Positions 19,683 through 29,196 of a stretch of 64,000 bases of DNA are shown in pieces. The DNA is from Acutalibacteraceae bacterium (lineage in GTDB: Bacteria > Bacillota > Clostridia > Oscillospirales > Acutalibacteraceae): NCBI GenBank assembly GCA_045637645.1, contig JAZTZV010000053.1:4417-68416 (forward strand), read 5' to 3'. Numbering within the stretch: the first letter of the stretch is position 1; the number at the start of each line of letters is the position of its first letter. The notes beneath the pieces were generated by a model. The model did not search any database, was not told the origin of the DNA, and saw nothing but the letters and a program-made list of their open reading frames with translations. The translations under genes and the position numbers were made by a program.

Positions 19683-20705
19683 TTAGTTGATGTGTAGGAT
19701 TTCGATGTCGATTTCATCACGTGACAGAAATGTTGTCGTTCCGCTATCGTCATAATAAATAACAGAATATTTACCGGGCACAGATGTTTCAAAAACATTT
19801 TGATAATAGGGCTCATCCATCAAACTCGTACCGGTTCCGAAGGTCACATTGAACACACCCTTAACATTGATATCGGATTTCTTATCCCTTCGGATGATTG
19901 CTTTTTCACCTTCCTTAAGCTCAAAAGAAACCTCAAAATCGTTATACCAAGATGATTCGTCCTCGGCATACAGAGATAAAATGATGTCAATGTAATCGTC
20001 ACGCTCGGTTTTAGTTTTTGTGGGGAAGGAATATGCTCCTACACGCATCGTTTCTCCATTTATATCGGCAATGATGGTCTGTTTGCTGCCATCGGGATAG
20101 ATCTCATCAAATGACATACAAATGCACCATGTTCCGTCATCCCATCTATATGCGCTGTTGAAACGTATATTTGTGATGGATATCCCCAGTTCGTTATATT
20201 CTTCAAGCTTTTTTACGAATCGTTTTGCCATATACGCTTGATATTCATTCGGTGTCATATGAGAAACACAATCGATCATCGTGTATTCATTTTCGGAATA
20301 ATCCACCATTTGTACAGCTTTGTCATATTGTCCGGATTTTATATGATTCAAATATTTATAGCATCGGTACACGTCATCCAAATTTGAAAATGTGATGCCT
20401 TCGTTATGATGAGAATTGTATGCCAATATACCGCAAAAAAAGAGTGGAATAAGTAAAAAAAGAGCAATAAAGGATGCGAGCCAACGTCTGTGGATTTTTC
20501 GGAAACCTTTCTTTACAATCGCTGTTTTTTCATCTTCGTCTTTGTCGATGTGCGTGATCTGAACAACATCTATGTTTTCAATCATGGATCTACACGCTTC
20601 GCATTTCTGTAGATGTTCTTCCACAGCTTTTCGGCTTTCTTCCGAACATACGGCATCCACATACAACGGTAACAAATCTTCGATTATCGTACATTTAAAT
20701 TTCAT
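19683..20705 (-). CDS. Zinc-finger (ZAS, HxxxCxxC) anti-sigma factor with one TM helix and an extracytoplasmic domain of unknown family
   Basis: Start MKFKC overlaps the sigma stop (ATGA). EEHLQKCEAC motif; TM at about residues 90-115. Confidence 0.8.
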   Translation of the reverse strand: MKFKCTIIEDLLPLYVDAVCSEESRKAVEEHLQKCEACRSMIENIDVVQITHIDKDEDEKTAIVKKGFRKIHRRWLASFIALFLLIPLFFCGILAYNSHHNEGITFSNLDDVYRCYKYLNHIKSGQYDKAVQMVDYSENEYTMIDCVSHMTPNEYQAYMAKRFVKKLEEYNELGISITNIRFNSAYRWDDGTWCICMSFDEIYPDGSKQTIIADINGETMRVGAYSFPTKTKTERDDYIDIILSLYAEDESSWYNDFEVSFELKEGEKAIIRRDKKSDINVKGVFNVTFGTGTSLMDEPYYQNVFETSVPGKYSVIYYDDSGTTTFLSRDEIDIEILHIN

Positions 20706-21187
20706 TTCATTACCTCCTGCGCAATTTGTTGTTTCGCTCTGAAATATGTAACTCTCGCCCAACTTTCCGTTTTGCTATATATAACGGCGATTTCTTTCAA
20801 CTTCACTTCGCCGATTGCGTGAAGAACAAACACATCACGATATGTATCCGGTAATTGTTGAATCACTTTAAGGATTTTACAGTACATTTCTTTGTTGATA
20901 ATCTGTTCTTCCAATGTTGGGTTGTTATCCGAAACAGATAAATCTTCCAAAGTTATATCGCTGTACCGATTGTTTCGACGGCATTCTTTGATCCAAGCAT
21001 TTTTGCCGATTTGACAGAGCCATGTGTACAAAGAACAGCGTCCTTCGAATTGGTCTATGTGCCGAAATGCTTGATAAAAAGTTTCCGATAAAAGTTCCTC
21101 GGCCAAATCATCCTTTCCTGTCAGGGATAACAGAAAGCGATAAACCGGTTTTGCTTGTTCTTCGTAGATTTGTTGAAACGTTGCCAA
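20702..21187 (-). CDS. ECF-type RNA polymerase sigma factor
   Basis: 161 aa, TTG start 7 nt after GAGGAGGG. Region 2 (AEELLSETFYQAF) and region 4 (LPDTYRDVFVLH) present. Confidence 0.88.
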   Translation of the reverse strand: MATFQQIYEEQAKPVYRFLLSLTGKDDLAEELLSETFYQAFRHIDQFEGRCSLYTWLCQIGKNAWIKECRRNNRYSDITLEDLSVSDNNPTLEEQIINKEMYCKILKVIQQLPDTYRDVFVLHAIGEVKLKEIAVIYSKTESWARVTYFRAKQQIAQEVMK

Positions 21188-22116
21188 CGATTATCCCTCC
21201 TCTCGTTAGATTGGATTCCGTATAAGGAACTATGCCATTGCGTAAATTTATATGTGAAATATATAAAACAAATGGTGATGATAATATTGAAATACCACGG
21301 AAAAGTCCATTCTCGAATTAGTAATACAAATGGTGCGTGAAGTAAATACGGAAACATTGTATGGGAACCTAATTTGGTAAAAGGCAGACGTTTCGTCGGT
21401 GAAAAGGACAGCAAAAACAGCCCCAATAGTGCACCGAGCACATAGCAAAGCAAACGAAGCAAAATGCCATTTCCGCTGTCATATGAAGATGCTTGATATA
21501 AAAAGGTGACCGGGATTTCATCGCCGAAATACAACATGACGATCAATGCCGTTATACATGAGAAAAAACCGATCACCTTGAGTTTTCTCCAATTATATGA
21601 TGAATTGCACAGTACTCCCACCCAAAAGTACGGAAAGAAAACGATCGTCCTTGATAATGAAAATTCGCGTCCTATGTCAGGGATCAATCCCGCAAGACAT
21701 CCCGCCGAGATCGAAAACAGAAGAATGGTGATTTTACCTTTACCTTTGCAAAATTTAAACCACAAATATGAAACACATAGCCACATGCTATACGTAAGCA
21801 AATACCAAAAAATCCACCACGGTGTGAAAATTCGAACCGAACCGTTTCCTAATATAACGGCAATGGTTTGTAAAAATATGTACAAGGAACATATTCTGAA
21901 AAGTTGTACGCGACAATCTTTTTCTTGATTTATAAACAGTCCTGATAAAAAACCGAATAGCGGCATGTGAACCAGATATATCCATCTATATTGTACCATA
22001 AGCACTTCCGAATCCCAAATTTTCGGTTCGATCAGATGGCCGTAAATGACAAGAAAAATCAAGAAAAGTTTTAAATTGCAGTATCGCGCTTCCCGAAATT
22101 TGACCATTCTTTTCAC
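21121..22116 (-). CDS. Acyltransferase family 3 membrane protein (O-acyltransferase)
   Basis: 331 aa, about 10 TM helices, N-terminal LFLIFLVIYGHL motif. Its 3' end overlaps the sigma gene by 67 nt. Confidence 0.8.
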   Translation of the reverse strand: MKRMVKFREARYCNLKLFLIFLVIYGHLIEPKIWDSEVLMVQYRWIYLVHMPLFGFLSGLFINQEKDCRVQLFRICSLYIFLQTIAVILGNGSVRIFTPWWIFWYLLTYSMWLCVSYLWFKFCKGKGKITILLFSISAGCLAGLIPDIGREFSLSRTIVFFPYFWVGVLCNSSYNWRKLKVIGFFSCITALIVMLYFGDEIPVTFLYQASSYDSGNGILLRLLCYVLGALLGLFLLSFSPTKRLPFTKLGSHTMFPYLLHAPFVLLIREWTFPWYFNIIITICFIYFTYKFTQWHSSLYGIQSNERRDNRWQRFNKSTKNKQNRFIAFCYP

Positions 22117-22266
22117 CGCCTTTATGAGTTAGAGCGATAAATTCGAAAAACGTTACAAAGATTGGCGGTTAGCAAACCTGCATGTTTAAAATGTTGTGTT
22201 ACAATCATAGACAAATGCAATCTTTTGTGGTATATTGAAGAAAATCATTTACGGGTTGTGAGACGG

Positions 22267-22944
22267 ATGTCCGAGGCGATTCAAGAAGCTCTGTTTTCGT
22301 TTGCCGATGAAAACTATAAGCAGTTTCAATGCTCGTTGATGCCGACGATCGATCCCGATACCGTGATCGGTGTGCGCGTGCCGACCTTGCGGGCGTATGC
22401 CAAAACGTTGTCGTCCTCGCAAACGGAGACGTTTTCGGCGGCATTGCCGCATACCTATTTTGACGAAAACAATCTGCACGCATATGTGATCGAACGCATC
22501 ACGACGTACGACGAGTGTGTCGCCGCGATCGACCGCTTTTTGCCGTATGTCGACAACTGGGCGACCTGCGACACGATGCGTCCGAAAGTGCTTGCAAAAG
22601 AGCCTGTGCGCTTGTTTGCGAAATGCCGCGAATGGATCGCGAGCGATCGTCCGTTCACCGTTCGTTTCGGACTTGAAACGCTGATGCTTTACGGCTTGGA
22701 TGAGAATTTCGACCCCGCGTTTTTGAAGCTTGCCGCGTCGGTGCAAAGCGAAGAGTATTACGTCCGCATGATGGTGGCGTGGTTTTTTGCGACGGCGCTG
22801 ACAAAACGATATGACGAAACGTTGCCGTTTTTTCTCGAACGTCGCTTGGATGTGTGGGTGCATAACAAAGCGATTCAAAAAGCGTGCGAAAGCCGTTTGA
22901 TCGCTCCCGATACCAAACGGTTTTTGAAAACCTTGAAAGGGTGA
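22267..22944 (+). CDS. DNA alkylation repair enzyme family protein (HEAT-like repeats)
   Basis: Start at MSEAIQEAL, 225 aa. FADENYKQFQ...VIGVRVPTLR...NWATCD pattern. Confidence 0.72.
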   Translation: MSEAIQEALFSFADENYKQFQCSLMPTIDPDTVIGVRVPTLRAYAKTLSSSQTETFSAALPHTYFDENNLHAYVIERITTYDECVAAIDRFLPYVDNWATCDTMRPKVLAKEPVRLFAKCREWIASDRPFTVRFGLETLMLYGLDENFDPAFLKLAASVQSEEYYVRMMVAWFFATALTKRYDETLPFFLERRLDVWVHNKAIQKACESRLIAPDTKRFLKTLKG

Positions 22945-22951
22945 TACGATT

Positions 22952-23386
22952 ATGAAAAAATGTGTTGCGATGGTACTGACGGTGTTGATGCTTTTGTCGT
23001 TGTGCGCGTGTTCTGACGATAATGCATATCAGGGGACACCCGAAGAACTGAATACGATCCTTGACCGCGTGGAGATGATTCCTGTTGCAACAATGGGTGT
23101 GTCCATGACCATTACCGATGTGGCGGTATCGTTGCTCGATTGGTGCGAATCGACCGATATGACCGATGCGGAAATTGCCGCGGCAACCAAAACGTATTAC
23201 GATTCTGTGGAAAGTGCGAATAAGGACATGTTTTACGAGCAAGTCTATCTGACAGTCGGAGGTGTGCGCCTCTTGTCAAACGAAGACAAGCGTTCGGGTG
23301 TGTTGGAAGCGGCAGGTCACAGTCCGAAACTTTCGTGGGATGATGCGGCATTTTCGCTTGCGATGTCGCTGGATGATGCGCTGTAA
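22952..23386 (+). CDS. Hypothetical lipoprotein
   Basis: 144 aa. Signal peptide with lipobox LSLCAC. Confidence 0.7.
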   Translation: MKKCVAMVLTVLMLLSLCACSDDNAYQGTPEELNTILDRVEMIPVATMGVSMTITDVAVSLLDWCESTDMTDAEIAAATKTYYDSVESANKDMFYEQVYLTVGGVRLLSNEDKRSGVLEAAGHSPKLSWDDAAFSLAMSLDDAL

Positions 23387-23473
23387 AACCGTTGTATCAA
23401 ATTCTCAAAACTGACATATACTGATAGTCGAGGGCATTTGCTCTCGGCTATTTGTATTTTTTGGAGGGGTTTG

Positions 23474-24751
23474 ATGAATCCGTTTGAGCAAAAACCGATG
23501 AAAACCATTGTCGGTAGCTTTCGCAACTTCAAAGATTTGTACCCGCGCGCTTATAACAAACATGAAGTGGATCCCTACACAAAAACGCGCATCATTTTGA
23601 TGAACGGCACCGAGTTTGAAGCCAATTGGTTTTCGCATCAGTTTGCGCGTCACACCTGCAACAACGATTTGCGCCGCGAACTTGCCATGTCGCGCGAAGT
23701 GGAGAAACAACAGCAACTCTATTTGTCACTTTTGAAACCGTGCAACGAAACACAGCTTGAGCATACCATCGGCTATGAGCAGTTGGCGGTCGATTTGACG
23801 GCGGAGCTTGCCAAGCGCGAATGTGACTGCAACGTCAAGAAAGCGCTTGATTTCGCACTTTTGGAGGATTTTGACCACCTGTACCGTTACGCCAACCAAC
23901 TGGAAATGGAACAAGGCGTGCGTGCCGAGCGGCTTGTCGGACGTTACACGGAAATTATGCCGGGTCGCCCGACAATCGCGCATCATCGTTGTCCGCTTGA
24001 TAATGTGCGCAAGAACATCAATACCAAAACAGCCTCGACTATGACGGTGTTGTCCACCATGATCATCACCGCCGCCGAGCAACAAACGATGAATTTTTAT
24101 ATGAATGTGACGCCGTTTGCGATGAACGATGCGTCGCGCAGACTTTATGAGGAGATCGCACTTGTCGAAGAAGAACACGTCACGCAATACGAATCCTTGA
24201 TGGATCCGAATGCAACATTCCTTGAAATGTTGCTGTGGCATGAATACACCGAGTGTTATCTCTATTGGTCGTGCTTTATGACCGAAACCGATCCCTATAT
24301 TAAGTGTATTTGGGAAGAACATTTTGATATGGAGCTTGCACATTTGCACAAAGCGGCGGAATTGCTCAAAAAGTATGAGGGCAAGGAATGGAAGCAAGTG
24401 ATTCCGTGTCCGGATTTCCCTGCACCGCTTTGCCTGCACGAAAACATCGAATATGTCCGCCAGATTCTCGGATCGACCGTGCAATTTACGAGCGTCAAAG
24501 AGGAGTATGCGTTGCTTGACGAATTGGGTGATGATGCCGATTTCTTTAAATATCAAAAAATCATGATTCCCTCGACGGATATCGTCCAGTCGCATTGCGT
24601 GATTGACAATCATATTCGTCGATTCGGCAAGGATTATCGCTTTGAAGTAGCACCCAATCCTGTGTGTCAGCTTCGCGACCGAACCTGTGACAACACCGGT
24701 GTCGGACGTGTCAAACGCGCCGCCGAGAGCACCGGCTTTTGGTGTAATTAA
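23474..24751 (+). CDS. Ferritin-like/rubrerythrin-like di-iron carboxylate protein with long C-terminal extension (family unknown)
   Basis: Start MNPFEQ after GGAGGGG, 425 aa. Candidate ligand helices TEFEANW, LLEDFDHLY, AAEQQTMNFY and VEEEHVTQYE. Monocistronic. Confidence 0.6.
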   Translation: MNPFEQKPMKTIVGSFRNFKDLYPRAYNKHEVDPYTKTRIILMNGTEFEANWFSHQFARHTCNNDLRRELAMSREVEKQQQLYLSLLKPCNETQLEHTIGYEQLAVDLTAELAKRECDCNVKKALDFALLEDFDHLYRYANQLEMEQGVRAERLVGRYTEIMPGRPTIAHHRCPLDNVRKNINTKTASTMTVLSTMIITAAEQQTMNFYMNVTPFAMNDASRRLYEEIALVEEEHVTQYESLMDPNATFLEMLLWHEYTECYLYWSCFMTETDPYIKCIWEEHFDMELAHLHKAAELLKKYEGKEWKQVIPCPDFPAPLCLHENIEYVRQILGSTVQFTSVKEEYALLDELGDDADFFKYQKIMIPSTDIVQSHCVIDNHIRRFGKDYRFEVAPNPVCQLRDRTCDNTGVGRVKRAAESTGFWCN

Positions 24752-24756
24752 CGGAC

Positions 24757-24793
24757 AAAATGCCCTCGTCTGAAAATGACGAGGGCATTTTTC
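24757..24793 (+). terminator. Terminator of the ferritin-like gene
   Basis: ATGCCCTCGTC / GACGAGGGCAT stem followed by TTTTT. Confidence 0.85.
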
Positions 24794-24822
24794 TTGACAC
24801 GTGCGCGTTAGGTTAGTATACT
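24794..24822 (+). promoter_or_regulatory. Promoter of the GH20 gene
   Basis: TTGACA, 17 nt, TATACT. Confidence 0.75.
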
Positions 24823-24856
24823 GATGGTATACACTACATGAAAAGGATTTGATCGT

Positions 24857-26623
24857 ATGTTGAATTTACTCCCGATGCCGCAATCGATTCAAATGCACGA
24901 AGGACTTTGTGATTTGCACAAGGTTGTTTTAGATACGGTTGTCGGCGATTGTTTGCCGACATTTGTGCAAGCTGCAGTGGACGATTTTTGTTCACGTGAA
25001 GGCAAGGTCTCGCTGACGGTTGTTTGTCAAAATGACCCGAACGCGGAAGAGTATTGCTTGGTGATTCACGAGAACGAGATTTCGGTCACCGCCGTCGGCT
25101 ATAAGGGCGTTTATTATGCTTTGCAAACGCTTCGTCAGCTTCGCGAGAACAACGGCGGTGTTGTGCCGTGCATGTCCGTCACGGATAAACCCGACTATGC
25201 TTATCGCGGTTTTTATCAAGACGTCAGCCGCGGTCGCATTCCGACGGTCGAAACGGTCAAACGTCTTGTCGACCGCCTCGCATCGCTGAAATACAATTCG
25301 TTGCAACTGTACATCGAACACACTCATCGTTTTGCGGAATACGTCGGGATCAACGATGATCTCGGCTATTATACCGACGACGAAATTTTGGAAATCGATC
25401 GCTATTGCCGTGAGCATTGCGTGGAGCTGGTGCCGTCGCTGTCGTCGTTCGGTCATTTGTATTATCTTCTCGAATCCGCGCAATATCGACACCTGTGCGA
25501 AATGCCCGATCACAAACCGACGCAGCACAACTGGCATGACCGCTTGATCCATCACACCATCGATCCGAAGGCGGAGGAGAGCTTTGCGCTGATTACGTCG
25601 TTGATGTCGCAATATATGCCGTTGTTCACGTCCGATCGGTTTAACATTTGCTGCGATGAAACGTTCGATTTGTGCAAAGGTAAAAACGCGGGCGGCGATG
25701 TGGCGGCAACCTATGTCGGATTCGTGTCGAAATTGGTCAACTTCTTGAAAACCAACGGCAAAACCGTCATGATGTGGGGCGATATCGTGATGCAACATCC
25801 CGATGTGCTTGCCGACCTGCCCGACGGCATCGAATATCTCAACTGGTGTTATGACATGAGGGGCAACGGCTTGAAACCCGAATTGCTTGCTTCGCAGGGT
25901 AAACCGCAAATCATTTGTCCGAGTGTCCATTCGCACAAACGCGTTGTCGAAAAAATCGTATACAATCGCCCGAACATCGCGTCGGTGCTGGAAGCGGGTC
26001 TTGCGCACGGTGCGCTCGGCATGCTCAACACGAACTGGGGCGATTACGGACACCTGTGCTTTGATGAAGGCATGCTTTACGGTCTTGCTTACGGCGGCAC
26101 CAAATCGTGGAACGTGAACGGCACGGATGAAACATTTGATGAGTCAGTCTGTGCGCTTGTGTATCGTTCTTCGACAGAGGTGCTCGACATCCTGCGCACT
26201 CTCGGTCAATGCGATGAAATTTGGTTTGAGCGTGAAGGCTATGAAATGGCGTTGTGGGAATTGACGGTGCAGATGTTTGACCGCACGGTTGGTATCCCTG
26301 AGAATTATGAATACCGTGTATCGGTGTTGCGCGCCAATGACCTTGCCGCTAAACGTCGCGATGCGGAAGATTGCGCCGCACGTTTGCAAGCGATGGCGGA
26401 TGCCGACAGTTTGGATCCCGATATCGCGCAAGTGCTTGTGCTGTCTGCAAAGACGATCGCCGCCAACTTTGCGGTACTGATCGATGTTTGCAACGGCACG
26501 ATCACCGACGAAACCAAAGCGTGCGTCGACGCTTGTCTGACTAAGATGGAATCTTTGTGGATGAAGCGCAACAAGCAAGGGGAGTGGCAAGCCATCGCCG
26601 CGTTTTTTCGAGATATGCTGTAA
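24857..26623 (+). CDS. Glycoside hydrolase family 20 protein (beta-N-acetylhexosaminidase-like), cytoplasmic
   Basis: 588 aa. LLPMPQ N-terminus, DKPDYAYRGFYQDVSRG, TIM-barrel, CCDETF (D-E pair). No signal peptide. Confidence 0.8.
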   Translation: MLNLLPMPQSIQMHEGLCDLHKVVLDTVVGDCLPTFVQAAVDDFCSREGKVSLTVVCQNDPNAEEYCLVIHENEISVTAVGYKGVYYALQTLRQLRENNGGVVPCMSVTDKPDYAYRGFYQDVSRGRIPTVETVKRLVDRLASLKYNSLQLYIEHTHRFAEYVGINDDLGYYTDDEILEIDRYCREHCVELVPSLSSFGHLYYLLESAQYRHLCEMPDHKPTQHNWHDRLIHHTIDPKAEESFALITSLMSQYMPLFTSDRFNICCDETFDLCKGKNAGGDVAATYVGFVSKLVNFLKTNGKTVMMWGDIVMQHPDVLADLPDGIEYLNWCYDMRGNGLKPELLASQGKPQIICPSVHSHKRVVEKIVYNRPNIASVLEAGLAHGALGMLNTNWGDYGHLCFDEGMLYGLAYGGTKSWNVNGTDETFDESVCALVYRSSTEVLDILRTLGQCDEIWFEREGYEMALWELTVQMFDRTVGIPENYEYRVSVLRANDLAAKRRDAEDCAARLQAMADADSLDPDIAQVLVLSAKTIAANFAVLIDVCNGTITDETKACVDACLTKMESLWMKRNKQGEWQAIAAFFRDML

Positions 26624-26629
26624 AAGCTA

Positions 26630-26661
26630 AAAAAGAGCTGCTTTAGAAGCAGTTCTTTTTT
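26630..26661 (+). terminator. Terminator of the GH20 gene
   Basis: GAGCTGCTT-TAG-AAGCAGTTC hairpin followed by TTTTTT. Confidence 0.75.
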
Positions 26662-26671
26662 AGTTTAAAGG

Positions 26672-26700
26672 TTGACAAATCAACAAATATATGCTATATT
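26672..26700 (+). promoter_or_regulatory. Promoter of the degV-family gene
   Basis: TTGACA, 17 nt, TATATT. Confidence 0.7.
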
Positions 26701-26733
26701 GTTGAAAAATCAACTTTAAAGGAGACCCTGTTT

Positions 26734-27573
26734 ATGAAACCAACGATTATCGTCGATTCGACCACTGATTTGACACCGAATATGCGTGAATGCGTTCGTG
26801 TTGTACCGTTGTCCGTCCGTTTCGGAGACGAAGAATATATCGACGGCGTTACCATCGACCATCAAACGTTTTATCGCAAACTTGTGGACAGCGCCGTGCT
26901 TCCGACGACCAGTCAAGCGACTCCCGATGCGTTCTTGAAAGAGTTCGAAGAAGTGCAGGAAGCGGGCGGAAGCGCCGTTGTGATCACGCTGTCGTCGAAA
27001 CTTTCGGGAACCTATCAAAGTGCCAAAATCGCTGCCGAAGAATTTGACAATATCTATGTCGTTGACAGTGGATCGGCGGCGGTCGGCGGCGGCATCTTGA
27101 CGGAATTGGCGATTCGCTTGGCGGATATGGGGATGAGTGCTGCGCAGATTGCCGAGGTTCTGGAAGAAGAAAAACAAAAGATTGTGATTGTGGCGCTGGT
27201 GGATACACTCGAATATCTCAAAAAAGGCGGACGCATTTCTAAAACAGTGGCGTTTGCGGGAATGCTGATGAACATCAAACCCGTGTTGTCGGTTGTCGAC
27301 GGTGAGATCAACGTGCTTGGCAAAGCGCGCGGATCGAAAATGGGGAACAACCTGCTTGTGCAAGAAATTGAAAAGTCGGGCGGTATCGATTTTGAAAAAC
27401 CGGTATTGCTCGGTTACACAGGGTTAAGTGATGCGTTGCTGTTGCAATACATTGAGGACAGCCAGCATCTCTGGAAAGATGAGCTTGAAACCATTCGCTA
27501 CACCACCATCGGCAGTGTGATTGGCACGCACGCGGGCCCCGGAGCGGTTGCGGTGGCATTCTTCAAAAAATAA
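26734..27573 (+). CDS. DegV family fatty-acid-binding protein
   Basis: 279 aa. IIVDSTTDL, LPTTSQATP and LSSKLSGTYQSA motifs. Confidence 0.9.
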   Translation: MKPTIIVDSTTDLTPNMRECVRVVPLSVRFGDEEYIDGVTIDHQTFYRKLVDSAVLPTTSQATPDAFLKEFEEVQEAGGSAVVITLSSKLSGTYQSAKIAAEEFDNIYVVDSGSAAVGGGILTELAIRLADMGMSAAQIAEVLEEEKQKIVIVALVDTLEYLKKGGRISKTVAFAGMLMNIKPVLSVVDGEINVLGKARGSKMGNNLLVQEIEKSGGIDFEKPVLLGYTGLSDALLLQYIEDSQHLWKDELETIRYTTIGSVIGTHAGPGAVAVAFFKK

Positions 27574-27595
27574 AAAAAGGAGCTGACGTGATTTT

Positions 27596-28069
27596 TCACG
27601 CCAGCTCTTTTGCTAATATACGATAGACCGTGTCAACTGCGGATTCGCGCACGTTGTTGCGTCCGATATCGCCGAAATGCTCGGTGACGGCAAACGACTT
27701 GTCACCGAGCACAAACCCGAAGCATACCGTTCCGACGGGCTTTTGTTCGCTGCCGCCGCCCGGTCCCGCGATGCCTGAAATGCCGACCGCAACGGCGGCT
27801 CCGGTTCGTTTGGCGGCACCGATCGCCATTTGTTCGGCAACCGCTTCGCTCACAACGCCGTATTGCTCAATAAGCGCGGGGTCGACACCCAAATACTTGA
27901 TTTTGGCTTCGTTGGCATAGGTCACGATCGATTCGTCAAAGATGCTTGAAATGTGCGGGATATCGCCCAACCGCGCGGCACAAAGTCCCGCCGTGCAGGA
28001 TTCGGCGAACGTGATGTGTTCACCGCGCGCCATCAGTCGATCCGCCACCAATTGTACGTTGTCGGTCAT
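27596..28069 (-). CDS. pncC: Nicotinamide-nucleotide amidohydrolase (stand-alone CinA C-terminal/PncC domain)
   Basis: 157 aa. FAESCTAGL, VTYANEAK and GISGIAGPGGG motifs. Confidence 0.85.
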   Translation of the reverse strand: MTDNVQLVADRLMARGEHITFAESCTAGLCAARLGDIPHISSIFDESIVTYANEAKIKYLGVDPALIEQYGVVSEAVAEQMAIGAAKRTGAAVAVGISGIAGPGGGSEQKPVGTVCFGFVLGDKSFAVTEHFGDIGRNNVRESAVDTVYRILAKELA

Positions 28070-28134
28070 GGTGTCACACTCCTTTGCTTTTTATTATTAT
28101 ACTGCCCGCTTTTGGTGCTGTCAATACAATGGGG

Positions 28135-28163
28135 TTGCATCGCATCGGATATCGTGGTATACT
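28135..28163 (+). promoter_or_regulatory. Promoter of the cupin gene
   Basis: TTGCAT, 17 nt, TGgTATACT (extended -10). Confidence 0.65.
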
Positions 28164-28202
28164 GGGTGGGCTTGAGAAATTCATCAACAAAGGATGGTTG
28201 AC

Positions 28203-28532
28203 ATGAAGCTTGTGTTTGATACGATTCCCGAAACGGTTCTTGAACATTTCTGCGGCGGCGAAAAAGCGTTCCGCGCCAATATGCACATCGATGAGAACGG
28301 CAAGATCCTGCGCGGTCGTCTCGTGCCGGGTGCCTCGATCGGCTTGCACACGCACGACACCTCCTCGGAAATGATTTTTTATCTCGAAGGTTGCGGCAAA
28401 GTGATTTGCAATGGCGAGGAAGAACGCGTCACGGCGGGCGATTGCCACTATTGCCCCAAAGGAAGCGCGCACACCATGATCAACGACGGCGATCGCGACT
28501 TGGTGTTCTTTGCGGTGGTGCCGCTCCAATAA
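28203..28532 (+). CDS. Cupin domain protein
   Basis: 109 aa from MKLVF. GLHTHDTSSEMIFYLEG...CPKGSAH cupin motifs. Confidence 0.75.
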   Translation: MKLVFDTIPETVLEHFCGGEKAFRANMHIDENGKILRGRLVPGASIGLHTHDTSSEMIFYLEGCGKVICNGEEERVTAGDCHYCPKGSAHTMINDGDRDLVFFAVVPLQ

Positions 28533-28590
28533 ACATGTTCATAAACGATCTTGTATCGGTATATGATTTGAATGAAAGGTTGTGTGTGCG

Positions 28591-29172
28591 ATGGAATGGA
28601 ACGCGATGTTTTTTGTGAACAGTGCGCTGTTCGGTGTGGGGTTGGCGATGGATGCGTTTTCGGTGTCGCTTGCCAACGGTTTGCACGAGCCGCGCATGAA
28701 ACGTTCGAGAATGTCGTTGATCGCGGGCGTGTTCGCGTTTTTTCAATTCCTGATGCCGATGATTGGTTGGGTGCTGGTGCACACACTTGTGCAATGTTTT
28801 CAACCGCTTGAATTGTGTGTTCCTTGGGTTGCGTTGATCTTGCTTGGCTTCATCGGCGGCAAAATGCTGATCGAAGGCATCAAAGGCGGGGAGGACGACG
28901 AAACGCCCGCCGTCGGGTTCGGCGCGTTGTTGTTGCAAGGCGTTGCGACGTCGATTGATGCGTTGTCGGTCGGTTGCTCCATTGCGGACTATGATGTATG
29001 GATGGCGCTTGTCAGTTGTTTGATCATCGCCGTTGTCACGTTTGCGATTTGTGTGGTCGGATTGAAAATCGGCAAAACGGTCGGCACGCGTTTTTCGGGA
29101 AAAGCGAGCATCCTAGGCGGTGCGATCTTGATTTTGATTGGTCTGGAAATTTTTATCACAGGTGTGTTTTAA
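28591..29172 (+). CDS. mntP: Manganese efflux pump MntP family
   Basis: 193 aa. GLAMDAFSVSLANG and TSIDALSVG duplicated DUF204 motifs, 6 TM helices. Start 28582/28591/28606 is ambiguous. Confidence 0.82.
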   Translation: MEWNAMFFVNSALFGVGLAMDAFSVSLANGLHEPRMKRSRMSLIAGVFAFFQFLMPMIGWVLVHTLVQCFQPLELCVPWVALILLGFIGGKMLIEGIKGGEDDETPAVGFGALLLQGVATSIDALSVGCSIADYDVWMALVSCLIIAVVTFAICVVGLKIGKTVGTRFSGKASILGGAILILIGLEIFITGVF

Positions 29173-29196
29173 TGTAATTGACAGAGGTGAAATGAC

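Noticed and set aside
19683-22116. Calling the AT-rich sigma islet, the tRNA-adjacent islet (30960-32060) or the second sigma cassette (54158-56869) mobile elements.
   Set aside because: No integrase, transposase, relaxase or clear att/TIR pair with a target duplication is present. A compositional anomaly alone is insufficient.
28533-28590. Possible yybP-ykoY manganese riboswitch upstream of mntP.
   Set aside because: The gap to the preceding cupin gene is only about 58 nt. That is too short for the four-helix aptamer, and no conserved core sequence is visible.
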